The translations under genes and the position numbers were made by a program. From positions 83,392,001 through 83,456,000 of the forward strand of contig NC_086108.1 of NCBI RefSeq assembly GCF_963921235.1: 64,000 nucleotides of DNA. Reading direction: 5' to 3'. Below are positions 36,426 to 49,539 of the stretch, in pieces. The stretch comes from Mobula hypostoma (Eukaryota). The notes under the pieces were generated by a model, which saw only the letters and a list, made by a program, of their open reading frames with translations, was not told where the DNA came from and searched no databases. Every line of letters starts with the position of its first letter. Positions within the stretch are counted from its first letter, which is position 1.

Positions 36426-37779
36426 TAACCACCTCTGTCGGATTGTTCCATATATATACCCTCTGTGTGAAAAACTCACTCCTCAGGACACGATTAAATA
36501 TTTTCCCTCTCACTGTAAAACTATACCCTCTAGGTTTTGGCTCCCCTATCCCAGGAAAAACCTGTGGTCATCCACCTATCTACCCCCTCATGATTGTATA
36601 AGGTCATTATAAGGTTATCCTTCAGCTTCATTGATTCAGGGCAACCACTCCCAGTCTATCCAGTCTCTCTGTACAATTCATGTCATGTATGAAACATAAT
36701 GTATTTGGATTCTTGTGGAGATATCCCCTACGTATATGCGTGTATTAAAATCAAATAAAGATTGGTTGCATCCTCTAATTTCTGACTGGCTCTTCACCCA
36801 CCACTTAACAAGCTCTTTCAAAATTAATTCCCATTCAAAAAGTGTAAACATATACGGACCTGATCCTCACTTAAGTTCTGAGTTGGCAGGGAAATAATTC
36901 CTGTGCTGTTTTAAGGTTAGATAGCTTGAAATTGTTGAGACCACAACCTTTGCTATTCATGGTGAAAATGTCTCAATTTTGTTTTCCAAAGACTGCCCAG
37001 ATAAAGTATTTTACCCAGCAAAAATCAGGATGTGAACCCACATTTCAACTTATGGACCAGAATATTGGGTATGTTCCAATTAAATGCCAAAGGTTTTGAT
37101 TCAGTGCTACAACATTTATCAAGGGGAAAATGTAGTATTTCAAATATCATAAATCAACCAGCTCCCAGTAGGTTTACCGACGTGTAATGTTCTTAGAATC
37201 ATTTGTTGCTCTAACAATATAGACATCCTCCCATAAATTCTCACTGCAAAGTTTCTGCACCTGCTCCTGGATGCAACTTGAACAATGACGGAGACATTAA
37301 AGGCCAGAATAAATACAAATATAATAAGCACTTGTTCCCACAATAGTTTGTGCACAGTTCAGTGACAATCTGGAACTAATTATAGTTCTTGTTACACTGT
37401 GACCGGAAGTTCAGAAGGATTGTTTCATTGATTGTAAAATTACTTATCTTGAATGCTTTCCGTTGCAATGTGTTTCCTTCCTGTAGTGAGTCTCGGCTGC
37501 AGATCACTTTGTTTGACAATTGCACATTTACCAATTCACAGCTCTTTTCAATCCTTGAATGAATTCACAATCAAATCATAAAATCTTTCCTGGTGACAAA
37601 AATAAAACTATCCAGTGCCCCTGACTATATACATAAGCTGTCAACAACAGAGTTGCTAATTCAATAAGTCATTAAACATTCAAATGTATTTTTGTTGCAT
37701 TCTAATGTGATAACGTGCTACATCTGATGTATCAATGTGGATGAAAAGGAAGTCGGCTGATGAAATTCTTTTAGCAGTA

Positions 37780-38290
37780 CAGCAAATAGATGCTGTTATG
37801 TAGCACCTGTAATGTTAGGAAGCGTCCCAGGTGCTCCATAAGTGCATAATTAGGCAAATTTTCCCCCATCCCCTAGCTACAGAAAGGAGCACAGAAGATC
37901 AAAAGCCTGGCCAAACAAATAGGTTTTAAGGCAATAGTTAAAAGAAAAAGAATTTCCAATGCTTAAGGCCAAGATCCCTGAGGATATTTCCCCTGAAGAT
38001 GGGCAATGATAATTGGAAGTACGCAAGAGGCCCAAAGTGGAGGAATGTAGAAATCTTGTAACACTGTAGTCTTGAAGAAGGTCAGAGAAAGAGGGGATAA
38101 GACCATTAAAAGATTTAAACACATGACTGAGAATTGTATGACTGGTTCACTTCTCCTGACAGACATTGTAAGTCACAGAGCACCGGGCGGGATAGGTATG
38201 GTGGGATACATGTAACAACATTTCGAAGTAGCTGACGTTTACAGAAAATGGAAGATGCAAAGCTTGTAAGGAGAGTTTTGGAATTAGTTA
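37780..38290 (-). mobile_element. Old L2-like LINE 3' fragment
   Basis: FKSFNGL.P...LLQ.Y...R.L.S...LKTYLFGQAF, typical of L2-clade ORF2 ends. Confidence 0.5.
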
Positions 38291-38404
38291 GTTAATAATT
38301 ACATTTTAAATGGCCATTTTTCATTTAACAAATTAAGCAGTCCATACGGGCAATGAGATCCCTTTGGATTTGTAACAACTGGGTATTAACAATCACAGCA
38401 CAGT

Positions 38405-39780
38405 ATCCTAGAACATAGAACAACACACATGGGAGAGGTCCTTTGGACATGATACTGTGATGTTGTGCCAGCTTTTACACCTTCTCGAAGATCAATCTAA
38501 CCTTTCACATTCCCCGAGTCCTCCATTTTTCTATCACCCATGTGCCTATCTAAGGGTTGCTTAAATGTTTCCTTAATGTATCTGCATCTACCACTAACCC
38601 TGGCAGAATGTTCCATGCAATGACCACTCTGTAAAAAAATCTACCTCTGACATCCCTTCAATATTTTCCTCCAATGAATTTACATGTATGCTCCCTCTTA
38701 TGAGCCATTTCCACACTGGGAAATGTCTTTGGCTGTCCATACCTCTCATCGTCTTGTAAACCTCTATCAAGTCACCTCTCATCCTCCTTTGCTCCACAGA
38801 GAATAGCTCTAGCTCACTCAATTTATCCTTATAAGACGTGTACTCTAATCCAGGTAGCATCCTCGTCAATCTGAATATCTTCTCTAAAGCTTCCACCTCT
38901 TTTCTATGATGAGGAGAATGAGACACAATACTCCAAGCACGTTCTAAGCAGAGCTTTTTAGAACTGCAACATTGCCCCGTGGCTCTTGAGCTCAATCCTT
39001 TGACTAATAAAGGCCAACACACCACATGCCTTCTTAACCACCCCATCAACTTGTGTGGCAAACTTGCGGGATCTATGGATTTGGACCTGCTACACTGCTA
39101 TGAATCCTATCATTAACTCTGAACTCTGAACTCTGAACTCTGAACCATTTTACACTTTCTTCTGGATTGAGCTTCATCTGCCACTTCTCTGCCCAGCTCC
39201 ACATCCTATCAATGTCCCATTGCGATCTATAACATCCTTTTACACTTTCCACAACACCACCAATCTTTGTGTCATTTGGAAAGTTAAAAACCCACCTTCC
39301 TACTTCCACATCCAAGTCATTTATTAAAATCACAAAGATTAGGGTTCCCAGAACAGATCTCCGCAGAACACCGCTAGGCACTGACTTCCAGGCAGAACAC
39401 GTTTCATCTGCTACCACCCTCTGCCTTCTGTTGGCAAACCAATTCTGAATCCACACAGGCAGGTTCCCCTGGAACCCATGCCACCAGACCTTCTGAATGG
39501 GCCTACTATGGGGAACTTTGACAAATGGCCTACTGAAGTCGAAATACACTACATCCACTGCTCTAACTTCATCAATGTTTGGTCACTTCCTCATAGTATT
39601 CATTCTGTTCCTCACAAAGCTATGCTGACTATCCCTAATCAAACTATCCTTGTCCAAATGTGCATAAATCCTGTCTCTAAGGATCATCCCAAATAGTTTG
39701 CCAGCCACTGATGAAATCCCAGGGCTATTCCTATCACCTTTCTTGAAGAAAGAAATAACATTTGCCTCCCTCCAATCTAA
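38405..39780 (-). mobile_element. CR1 LINE ORF2 3' part
   Basis: DVVYFDFSR.F.KVPH...SGV..SVLG.LIF.ILINDLD...DTKIGG; TTCTATG tail; internal (CTGAACT)n at ~39115-39145. Confidence 0.85.
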
Positions 39781-39784
39781 TTAA

Positions 39785-40901
39785 ATTTGTTGACGATACT
39801 ACATTGATTGGACTAATCTCAAATAATAATGAGGCAGCCTACAGAGAGGAAGTCATCACCCTGACATAGTGGTGTCAAGAAGGCAACCTCTCCCTCAGTG
39901 TTGCAAAAACAAAGGAGCTGGTTGTGGACTACAGGAGGAATGGAGACAGGCTAACCTCTATTGACATCAGTGGATCTGGAGTTGAGAGGGTAAACAGCAA
40001 TGTGCAATTATAGTAACTTATAATAAATATTATGCTTTAAGTTCCTTGGCATAAACATCACCAAGGATCTCACACGGTCTATACATACCAGCTCTGTGGT
40101 GAAAGAGGCACAATACTGTCTCTTTCACTTCAGATGGTTGAAGAAGTTTGGTATGGCCCCCCAAATTCTAAGAACTTTCTATAGGGGCACGATTGAGAGC
40201 ATCCTGACTGGCTGCATCACTGCCTGGTATGGGAACTGTAGCTCCCTCAATCGCAGGAGTCTATAGAGAGTGATGCGGATAGCCCAGCACAACTGTAGAT
40301 GTGAACTTCCCACTATTCAGGACATTTACAAAGACAGGTGTGTTAAAAATAGCCCAAAAGGTCATTGGGGACATGAGTCACTCCAATCACAAACTGTTCC
40401 AGCTGCCACCATCTGGGAAACGCTACCACAGCATAAAAGCCAGGGCCAATAGGCTCCAGAACAGCTTCTTCCACCAGGCCATTAGACTGTTTAACTCATG
40501 CTGTTGCTACTTGTGGTAAACCATATAGATGTTGTAACTGGGTTAACTGTCTGGACACGCCCCTCTGCTGACTGCCCCTGTGGATCCTCCCACATATTCC
40601 TGAATAAAGGTGATTTCACCTTGCCCCTGCCCCTCAGTCCGGGGGCAGACTCTCAGCATGGAGGTCGTATTGTACAGCGAATAAAAGCCTTTCGGTATTT
40701 TATCCAACTTCAGTCTTTTGGAGTTATCGAAGGTGCTTCACTACTGTATTTCTATGTTGCATTGATTATCCTGCTGTACATAATATTTATTATAAATTAC
40801 TTTAATTGCACATTGCACATTTGAATAGAGATGTAACGTAAAGATTTTTACCCCTCATATATTTGAAGGATGTAAGTAATAAAGTCAATTCAATTCAATT
40901 C
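39785..40901 (+). mobile_element. Rex1-like LINE (family C) 3' part
   Basis: KFVDDTT.IGLI...KTKELVVDYRR...IESILTGCITAWYG...FQL.PSGKRY; AATAAAG + (AATTC)n tail. Confidence 0.85.
40512..40740 (+). mobile_element. Solo LTR (229 bp)
   Basis: TG...CA termini, perfect 5-bp TSD CTACT (40507-40511, 40741-40745), internal AATAAA. Confidence 0.8.
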
Positions 40902-41537
40902 TGGTACGACTCCTGTGGCCTTGTTGTGTTTATGCTTACTTTTCATCTTTGAATTTGAAAGTTTTTAAAAGATTGTTTTTTTTTATTTTGAAAGTAAGTC
41001 CTAAATCACAAAATTTGTTCATACAAAGACATTGAGAACTCTTTAGTGTAAAAGGATAAGCAAGTACTATATATGGAATGAAGGTAACGTCCAGCTGAGG
41101 GAGGTTGAAATATTGTTGACTATTTTAATTCGCATTTCCCTCAATCACTTTGCTTGATGGATGTGCAATTCTCTGCAGATATTGCAGACGTTATTATCTC
41201 CCACTGTTTCTTCAGGCAATCTGTTTCAATATTTACCATCCTTTTTTTGTAAAGATGTTCACCCTAGATGGTCTCTTTGCTTTCTGCCTGCTGATTTCTG
41301 TGTGCTCTTGTTAAGGTACCAAAGAGATTTAATGATGTTTTGATTAGTGTTTGCTATACTGACTGTCTAAATTTTATATTCCCAGAATTTTATTTTCTTT
41401 TGTCAATTTACCACATAGACTAGCTCATTTTCCTTTATCTGTATCAATCAACAAAAGATTTTCAGACAAATAAATTCAGAATAGATTAAATTGAATAAAT
41501 TAATGGTATTAAATTGGAGAGCTTATAAAGCATTGCA

Positions 41538-41992
41538 GTAGTGCGATCACTCGCATCGAGTATGATGTTCTCCTCAGGCGCTGTCTATTGGGTTTCCAGG
41601 TGGCTGTAGAGACTGATGCAGGACCCACATATTAATCCGGGATGTTAGAGTGGATTCCCTTCATGGAGAACACCTGTGTGGGAGTTTGTTAAATGTGGGG
41701 AGGCTGATGCAGCCACCACAGGGTCCTTGACAGATCAGGGTCAGGGTCGAGTAGAATGGAATGCAAGATGACTGGGGACCCTTCCCTGCTGCAGTCTTCC
41801 TCAGCCTCCAGGACATTTGTGATGCTCCGCCACTGAGGTTTTGGTTGGATCACTCTTTGTTTGGACTCCCCCCTTTGACCTTACCACACCTGTCAGGAGC
41901 TAAGCGCCAGATGGCTAAACTCCAGATGCGTTGCTCTCAGGATCAGAGAAACTCACAAGCCGTTCCCCCTGACAAGGTGACCATCCACGGAA
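41538..41992 (-). mobile_element. RTE-related non-autonomous element (SINE-like)
   Basis: Minus strand head GTGGATGGTCACCTTGTCAGGGGGAACGGCTTG..., homologous to 57164-57330; RTE-like 3' end CATCATACTCGATGCGAGTGA..ACTACT. Confidence 0.6.
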
Positions 41993-42812
41993 AAGCCTAA
42001 AGCACACACAAAGATCACAACCTGCTAGTAATCAGGGCAGATGTCATATTTCAAGTTTACACCTTGCTGTCTGTTTTAGCCTCAGTATCGAGTTATTGCA
42101 TGCCTCACCACTGAATCATAATTCCGCAAGACCATAAGACATGGCTTGCATTAAAGCTGCCTTGCACTACTTGGAGCCTGCATCTCCTAAACTGGGCTGC
42201 ATTATGACTGCAGAAGTTGTGGGATGACATTAGGCAATTAACTGTGATGTGCAGATATTGAAGACTTAATGAACAGAAAAGAAGGAGTTCTGCATTTTTC
42301 TGCCATTGCATTAGAAGCCTTCTTCCAAGAGGTAGGCTGGATGAGAGAAGTATACAGGGAGCCATGATGTAAAATTCCTCAAAGATGATGACAACAGATG
42401 CCAGGAAGGTCGATACCAAGGCTCAGGTTCAGACATGCAAGTAATTCAATAGCCTCATGTATGGTCAGGGTCTCTAAACAAATCCCAATGGTATTAGTTG
42501 TTTCATTGCCACCTCACACTTTGGTCAATCAACTCCACCCATCATAAATGACTAATCTTCATCAGTCAGACAACCAATACTAATATCCAATTCAGATTAT
42601 TTATTTCATTTTCACACATGACACTGATGCAAACTTCACAAACACTGCTCACAGCCTGCACATGCTGTCCATTATTTTACCACAATAGGCATATCACCCA
42701 AACACATTGCACATCATGCGCTTCCCTCTATTACAGATCGGAGAGAGAACAGTAACTAACTGGCTTCTTGTTCCTCCATCATTATGATGTCGTAATCATG
42801 GAGGAACAAGAA

Positions 42813-43215
42813 AATAGAGCATAGAAAATAAAATATTATACCACTGTACAGGCCCTTCAGCCCAAGATGCTGTGCTGACCTTTTAACCTATCGAAGATCA
42901 TTCTAACCCTTCTCTATTGCTCTCTATTGTTCTGTTATCTATGTGCCTAACTAAGGATTTCTTTAATTCTTCTATTTCAGAATCAGAATTAGAATCAGGT
43001 TTAATATCACTGCATATGCCATGAAATGTGTTAACTTAGTGACAGCAGCACCATGCAATACATGATAATATAGAAAAAAAATAAGTAAATCAATGTTTAT
43101 TAAATAGTTAAATTAAAATAGTGCAAAGCAGAAATAATAAAAAGTAAATGAAGTCGTGTTCACGGGTTCAACGTCCAGTTAGAAATTGGAAGGCAGAGCG
43201 AAAGAAGCTGTTTCT
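42813..43215 (-). mobile_element. CR1 tail fragment followed by a Rex1-like 3'UTR fragment
   Basis: GGGCTGAAGGGCCTGT CR1 tail; (TCTGAT)n tail at ~42977-42998. Confidence 0.65.
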
Positions 43216-44433
43216 CATAGCTAGAGCAGCTATCACTGAGGCCACAGATGGTGACTGCTTTGGAACAACTGATGATGGTATCTTTATATGTAATCCTCAT
43301 TCTCCTAGCACAGTCCTCTCATAATTTCCCTTGCCTAACCACACAGCTTTTTCTTCATTCCTTACACCCGTCCCCAGCCATTACATGCCCACTCATGTCC
43401 CTCTCTCTTAAATTAGTTTACAAAGAATCCTATCAGTCCCAGATTTTAAATTAACTATCAAATTAATTACAATTGCTATCTGTAAAAGAGAATTTCAAAC
43501 TTCCACCACTTTTTGGACATATGTGTCTCCTATTTGCTTTCTGGAAAGGCATAGCTGTAATTTATAGGCAATGAATGGTTTTCCAACTGGTGGGCGTGAA
43601 TGTGTTGACATAAACCGTCATTGCCAGTAATAAAATAAAATAACTAAAATAACTGAGCCTAGAACTCTTGTGACTCAAGCGTACTTTCTATTTACCTGTG
43701 CACAAGGAGGACAATATAGATTCCTGTCCCCCACACTGTTCTGAAGTCTGAACAGAGAACTGCTGTTTTTATACAGAAGTGCCTTATCAGTTACAGATAT
43801 TGATTATTGTAAATTGCAAATGTATGAATTCCTTACTTACAAGATCAATCACCATTCATAACAGAGTCAATCAAAACTTCAAGCAGACTGCTGATGATAT
43901 TTTGAAGCTAGTAAAGACAATACATCCTTTGGTTTTTGGTATGGTTCATATTCTTCTGTTATCTGTCAACAGCGCCCCCTACTGCATTAGGAAGACCTTT
44001 CTGGAAAACTCTTGCTACAGAGGCCTCACTCGACTGGCTTGAACTGTACACACTACCACCGTCGATCTCATCTGCAATAAGCAGAGGCGTCTCCGGTGGT
44101 CTCACTTCGAGGGTCACACTAGACTACAACTGCCCCAGAACACTGTTGTCTTTACTGCAACTTCCACAAGTGGCCTATAGTCTGGTGAGGGAGTAATTAT
44201 AATTCAGGTAGAAATTCCCCAGAACACAAGGTTGTAAACAAGTGCTGTTGACAAGAACAGAAATGAGAAAATTGATGTGGTTGACTACGGATAGCAATTA
44301 GCATGAAAGTCCCATGGAATTCCCGGTGTATCAGAAGATCTGCCAATAAGTCTACATGCAGTATCTAATGTCGTGAAGGACTAAGATATCAACCTTGTAC
44401 AGGGTTTGAAAGCCATCCTCCCTAGCAAGTGAT

Positions 44434-44722
44434 ATCAGAACTAGATTTATTATCACTGACATATATCATGGAATTTGTTGTTTTGTGCAGTGCAGGTGCA
44501 AACAATTACTACAAATTACAAACAGAGAGATAAAAGAGATATTGCAAAGTAGTCTTTATGGGTACATGGCCCATTTAGAAATCTGATGGTGGAGTGGAAG
44601 ACACTGTTCCAAAAGCACTGAGTGTGAGTCTTTAGGCTCCTGTACCACCTGTCGAATGGTAGTAGTAAGAGTATGTGCCTGATGGTGAGGGTCCTTAATA
44701 ATGGAAGCCTCCTTCTTGAGGT
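44434..44722 (-). mobile_element. Rex1-like 3' fragment
   Basis: Minus strand KEASIIKDPHHQA...RWYRSLKTHT. Confidence 0.6.
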
Positions 44723-44759
44723 TACAACCCAATCAACTTGAGAGATTGCTGTGTGAATC

Positions 44760-45590
44760 AGGAAGGTAGGGCTTAGAAGGGATAATGGCGCCTAACAGCA
44801 ACTCCTTTGCTTGCATCTTCGGAAACAGCTCTATTTCACTATTTCCATCTTTAATATCTCTATTTTTCCCTCTCAGGGTTCTTTTGAAGACCCTGACCTG
44901 GAGTTACACGCTTACTATGGTTCTTTGCAGGAATGTGACCTGCTCGCGGGGTTTCACAACTGGCAGTTGTTTGGCACGCCAAGAGCTCAGCCTAACAGCT
45001 CCGCTCACCTTCGATGGCCTGGAATCTTGTAGTTCTGGAGATGGGGGGGGAGGTGGGGGGGATTAGAGGTCGGTGCCTCTGCAGGAGATCAGTGTGTTGT
45101 TGGGGACAGGAGATCTCTGGCTGTGTGCCCAAAGACCCGAGAACTTTGGGCACAGAGCTCGGAAAAAGCAACGCAACGGACTTTTAACATCGTAAACCAG
45201 CGAGTTGTTTGTTATGTCTCCCCTCTTGCTGTGAAGCGGAGACACCTCTTTCTCCCTTATTAGGGAGAGAGAGAGAGAGAGAGAGCCTGTGGTATGTCGA
45301 ATACTGGGTCGACAATGTAGTATTTGGAGTACTGCAGGTCTGTGTCTTTGCTGTTGCCTTGCTCACGCTTGAGTGCTCGGTGGTGGGTGCCAATGCTTTT
45401 TTTGCCGGTGGGGTGAGGGGGGATTATTGCTTGCTGCTGCTTGTGGGAGGGAGGGGAGCTGGGGGGGGGGGACTTTGGAGTTCTAACATTTAACTGTCGT
45501 CCATTCTATGGGGGCACTCCTCTGTTTTCGCAGATGGTTGTGAAGAAAAAGCATTTCAGGATGTATATTGTGTACATTTCTCTGACATTA
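44760..45590 (+). mobile_element. Probable GC-rich non-coding repeat (unclassified), abutting a Rex1 fragment
   Basis: ATAATGGCGCC head, CpG-rich relative to flanks, (GA)n and G runs; single copy in window. Confidence 0.4.
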
Positions 45591-46175
45591 CACTCAAAAA
45601 CTTCTATAGCTGTACCATGGAGAGCATTCTGACAGGCTGCATCACTGTCTGGTATGGTGGGGGGGGGGCTACTGCACAGGATCGAAAGAAGCTGCAGAGG
45701 GTTGTAAATCTAGTCAGTTCCATCTTGTGTACTAGCCTACAAAGTACCCAGGACATCTTCAAGGAACGGTGTCTCAGAAAGGCAGCGTCCATTATTAAGA
45801 ACCTCCAGCACCCAGGGCATGCCCTTTTCTCACTGTTACCATCAGGTAGGAGATACAGAAGCCTGAAGGCACACACTCAGCGATTCAGGAACAGCTTCTT
45901 CCCCTTTGCCATCCGATTCCTAATTGGACATTGAATCCTTGGACACTACCTCACTTTTAAAACTTACAGTATTTCTGTTTTTTGCACGATTTTTAAAAAA
46001 TCTATTCAGTATGCATATACTGTAATTGATTTACTTGTTCATTATTATTATTATTTTTATGTTATTTATTATTTTTTCTCTTCTAGATTATGTATTGCAT
46101 TGAGCTGCTGCTGCTAAGTTAATAAATTTCACGTCACATGCGGGTGATAATAAACTTGATTCTGATTCTGATTCT
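45590..46175 (+). mobile_element. Rex1-like LINE 3' part
   Basis: MESILTGCITVWYG...HPGHALFSLLPSGRRYRSL; (GATTCT)n tail; close to the 25037-25700 copy. Confidence 0.88.
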
Positions 46176-47271
46176 AAATGTACCTTTGAAACGTTTGAAT
46201 GGAGAAGGTGGGTTGGGTTGACTGGTATTGCGATCAGAGAGCTGTTCATGAGAAACATGGCCAGTCGGAATGTGTTCATGTTGCTTCCTCCTTTACTGCT
46301 GTTGCCTAACTGCGTGGCATATACTGTAACTGTTGGCAAGGTTGTTCAAAATTAAGCCTGCCACAAGTAGGGGCACTCGCTCAGCAGACAACTGCAGTGG
46401 TCTTCCAAGCCAATTTGGCAATGGAGTTGCAGTGTCAACATGGCCGTTTCTACTTCAGGTGACACCGCAGGTTCATTAAATGTATGCTTCCAACTTGTAT
46501 TGTCCATCAGCGTATCAACCAAGTTGTTGACGGCTCCCTCTGGCCAATTGACACACTTTGTTTTCTCATAGTGGCACAGCACTGCAAGTTTCCACAGATC
46601 AAAGTGCATTTTAAAAAGTACATGCATTCAATGGCTGATTGTGCCACGAGGAAGCCTGTGATCTCCCCATGCCCCATGCTTTCTCCATATGTTGTTCTCC
46701 AGCAGGAAACGATGAGCTATCCCTGGCTTTCATTCAATTGAATACCTCAACATTATAATCACACCAGCTGGAAAGAAGCACAATAAAAGGCTCATGGCTC
46801 CGATAATCTTAACATCCACTGATAATGTGGTCCTTAACCCTATCTGAGGTTGCAGTTGGTGGATTTTAGTGAGGAGGTGTTTTATTGAATCAAAGGCATG
46901 TTATGCGGAATAATTTGCCTCAATCTGAATAAGCGAACTATGCCTTGGACTCCCTTCTATAATATGGCTTCCTTCTGAAATCTTATTTCACCTTTCACCA
47001 CCTCTCCTGAGCAGTTTATCCTACAGTGTATTACTTGCTCATGTAATAATCGTTTACTATTCAAAGCATGAGGACCGCATAAGACACAGGAGCATAATTA
47101 TGCCATTCAGCCCCTCAGGTCAGCTTAAATAACTTATAATATATCTGGAAATAAATATTTGTGCAGAAGCTTTAAGGTCAAAGTAAAGTTCTTTAGTTCC
47201 TGCCTGAAAACTTCCTGCAGGCATTTGCAACTGCAAAGAGTTCTAGGGAGCTTCAAACACATGAGTACATA

Positions 47272-47808
47272 CAGTGGTCACTTTATTAAGTACACCTGTA
47301 CCAGTACCTGCTCGTTAACACAAATATCTAATCAGCCAATCATAGGGCATCGACTCAGTGTATAAAAGCATGCAGGCATGGTCAGGAGGTTCAGGTGTTG
47401 TTCAGACCAAATATCAAAATATGGCAGAAATAGTGACTTTGACTGTGGAACGATTGTAATTGTCAGACACAGTGGTTTGAATAACTCAGAAACTGCTGAT
47501 CTGAAGTTTTCATGAACAGCAGTCTATAGAGTTTACAGAGAATGGTGTGAAAAACAAAAAAATCCAGTGAACGGCAGTTCTGTGAGCAAAAATGTATTAT
47601 TAATGAGAGATGTAAGAGGAAAATGGCCAGACTGGATCAAGCTGACAGAAAAGTATCAGTCACTCAAACAACTACGCATTACAACAGTGGTGTGTGGAAG
47701 AGAATCTCTGAACACATAACACGTTGAATGAACCTTGAAGTGGAAGAGCTACAGCTGCAGAAGATCACAAACGTACACCCAGTGGAATACCCAATAAAAA
47801 GGCCACTG
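47272..47808. mobile_element. Non-autonomous Tc1/mariner-like transposon, second copy
   Basis: CAGTGGTCACTTTATT / AATAAAAAGGCCACTG TIRs; body is the reverse complement of 1402-2575 without the Penelope insert. Confidence 0.72.
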
Positions 47809-49539
47809 AGTGTAAACAAATTACAGGGACAGCAGCAAATTAAAACCTGTTGATGATTAGAGGGCCTTCCTGCTATTGAACATATGATTTTTCCCTTCCC
47901 CCCTCACAGAAATCTCCATGACTAAGGGGAATGCCTTAAGGTAAATTCCAGAAATTTTTAAAAGAAATTGAGAAAGATTTTTTTACATAGATACGCAGGA
48001 CTCAGAGAGGGCTAAAATGTTGAGTTTCAATGTTGCAGTGAAAGAGTTAAATCTGTTGCATGTTGATTAATGTCATGAGCGGAACACATCCAGTGGCAGT
48101 CAGCTGTGCAGCCGCCTGGTGGCAACCAGCACATATTTTTACATGTATCAACAATGTCATTTAAAACCTTATCTGTTGCATCCAAAAACATACAGATTTG
48201 ATGTTACTTTTAAGAAAAACCGTGCACTTTTAAAATCTATTAATTGAGAAATTGCACATTTCATAGTTTAAAAACACAAAATTTATTTTCATTAGAATAT
48301 AGTGCCGTTTTAGTCTTTGACAACAAATGGCAGGGAATGACAGAAAATCTCCAGAAATATTAACACTTTAAAACATATAAATTATACCTTTACTAAATTG
48401 GGAAGAGTAGTTTGCAAGCATTGAACAATATTGATTTGTAAGATGACAGAGAAAACTTAATTCTGAATAGTGTCCCCCTAAGATGTACCAAGGAACCTTG
48501 GTATTCATGTCCAAGCATGTCTGAAGGCAATACCACTGATAGTTAAGATTCAGCTGGATGTTACCTGAGATGAAACATTTCAGCAGCAAGGAGAGAATGG
48601 ATAAGCTTGTTTTCCTTGGGAGGAAAGAGGCTGAAGGTATCTGATTGAGACAAACAAAATTTTGATCTGCGTGGATAGGATAGATGGGAAAAGTTTATCA
48701 CTTTAACGGAGAGATCCTACAGCCAGAATGCATAAGACCATGAGATATAGGAGCAGAATTAGGCTATTTGGCCCATCAAGTGTGCTCCGCCTTTTCATCA
48801 TGGCTGATCCAATTTTCCTCTCAGTCCCAATCTCCAGAATTCTTCCCACATTATTTCATGCCCTGACCAATCAAGAATCTATCAACCACTCTCTTAAGTA
48901 TACATAAAGACTTGGCCTCCACACCTACCTGTGGCAAAAAATTCCACAGATTCACCACTCTCTGGCTAAAAATACTCCTAATCATTTCCATTCTAAAAGG
49001 ACACCCCTCTGTTCTGAGGCCTTACACTCTCCACCACAGGAAAGATCTACTCCGCATCCATTCTGTCAAGGCCTTTCACCATTCGATAAGTTTCACTGGG
49101 GTCACCCCTTGTTCTTCTGAATTCAGGACCAGAGCCATCAAATGCTCTTTATATGATGCCATTCAATCCTGGAATCATTTTCACGTACCTCCTTTGAAGC
49201 CTCTCCAGTTTCATCGTGTCCTTTCTAAGATAAGAGGCCCAAAACTGCTCGCAATACTCCCAGTGAGGCCTCACCAGTGCTTTATAAAGTCTCAACATTA
49301 CATCCTTGCTTTTATATTCCAGTCCTCTTGAAATGAATGCTGACATCATATTTGCATTCCTCACCACAGACTCAACCTGTAAATTAACCTTTAGGGAATC
49401 CTACACAAGGACTCCCAATTCTCTTTGCACATCAGTTTTTTGTATTTTCTCTCCTTTTCATTTCTTCTAACAAGTGCATGACCATACACTTCTCAACACT
49501 GTATTCCATCTGCCATTTCTTTGAACATTCTCCTAATCT

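Noticed and set aside
39115..39145. (CTGAACT)n tandem repeat inside CR1
   Set aside because: Probably a short LINE-tail remnant or slippage product; no further structure.
46352..46741. ORFs in the unique region near 46.2-47.0 kb
   Set aside because: No recognisable protein similarity or convincing splice sites; may be conserved non-coding DNA but this cannot be supported here.
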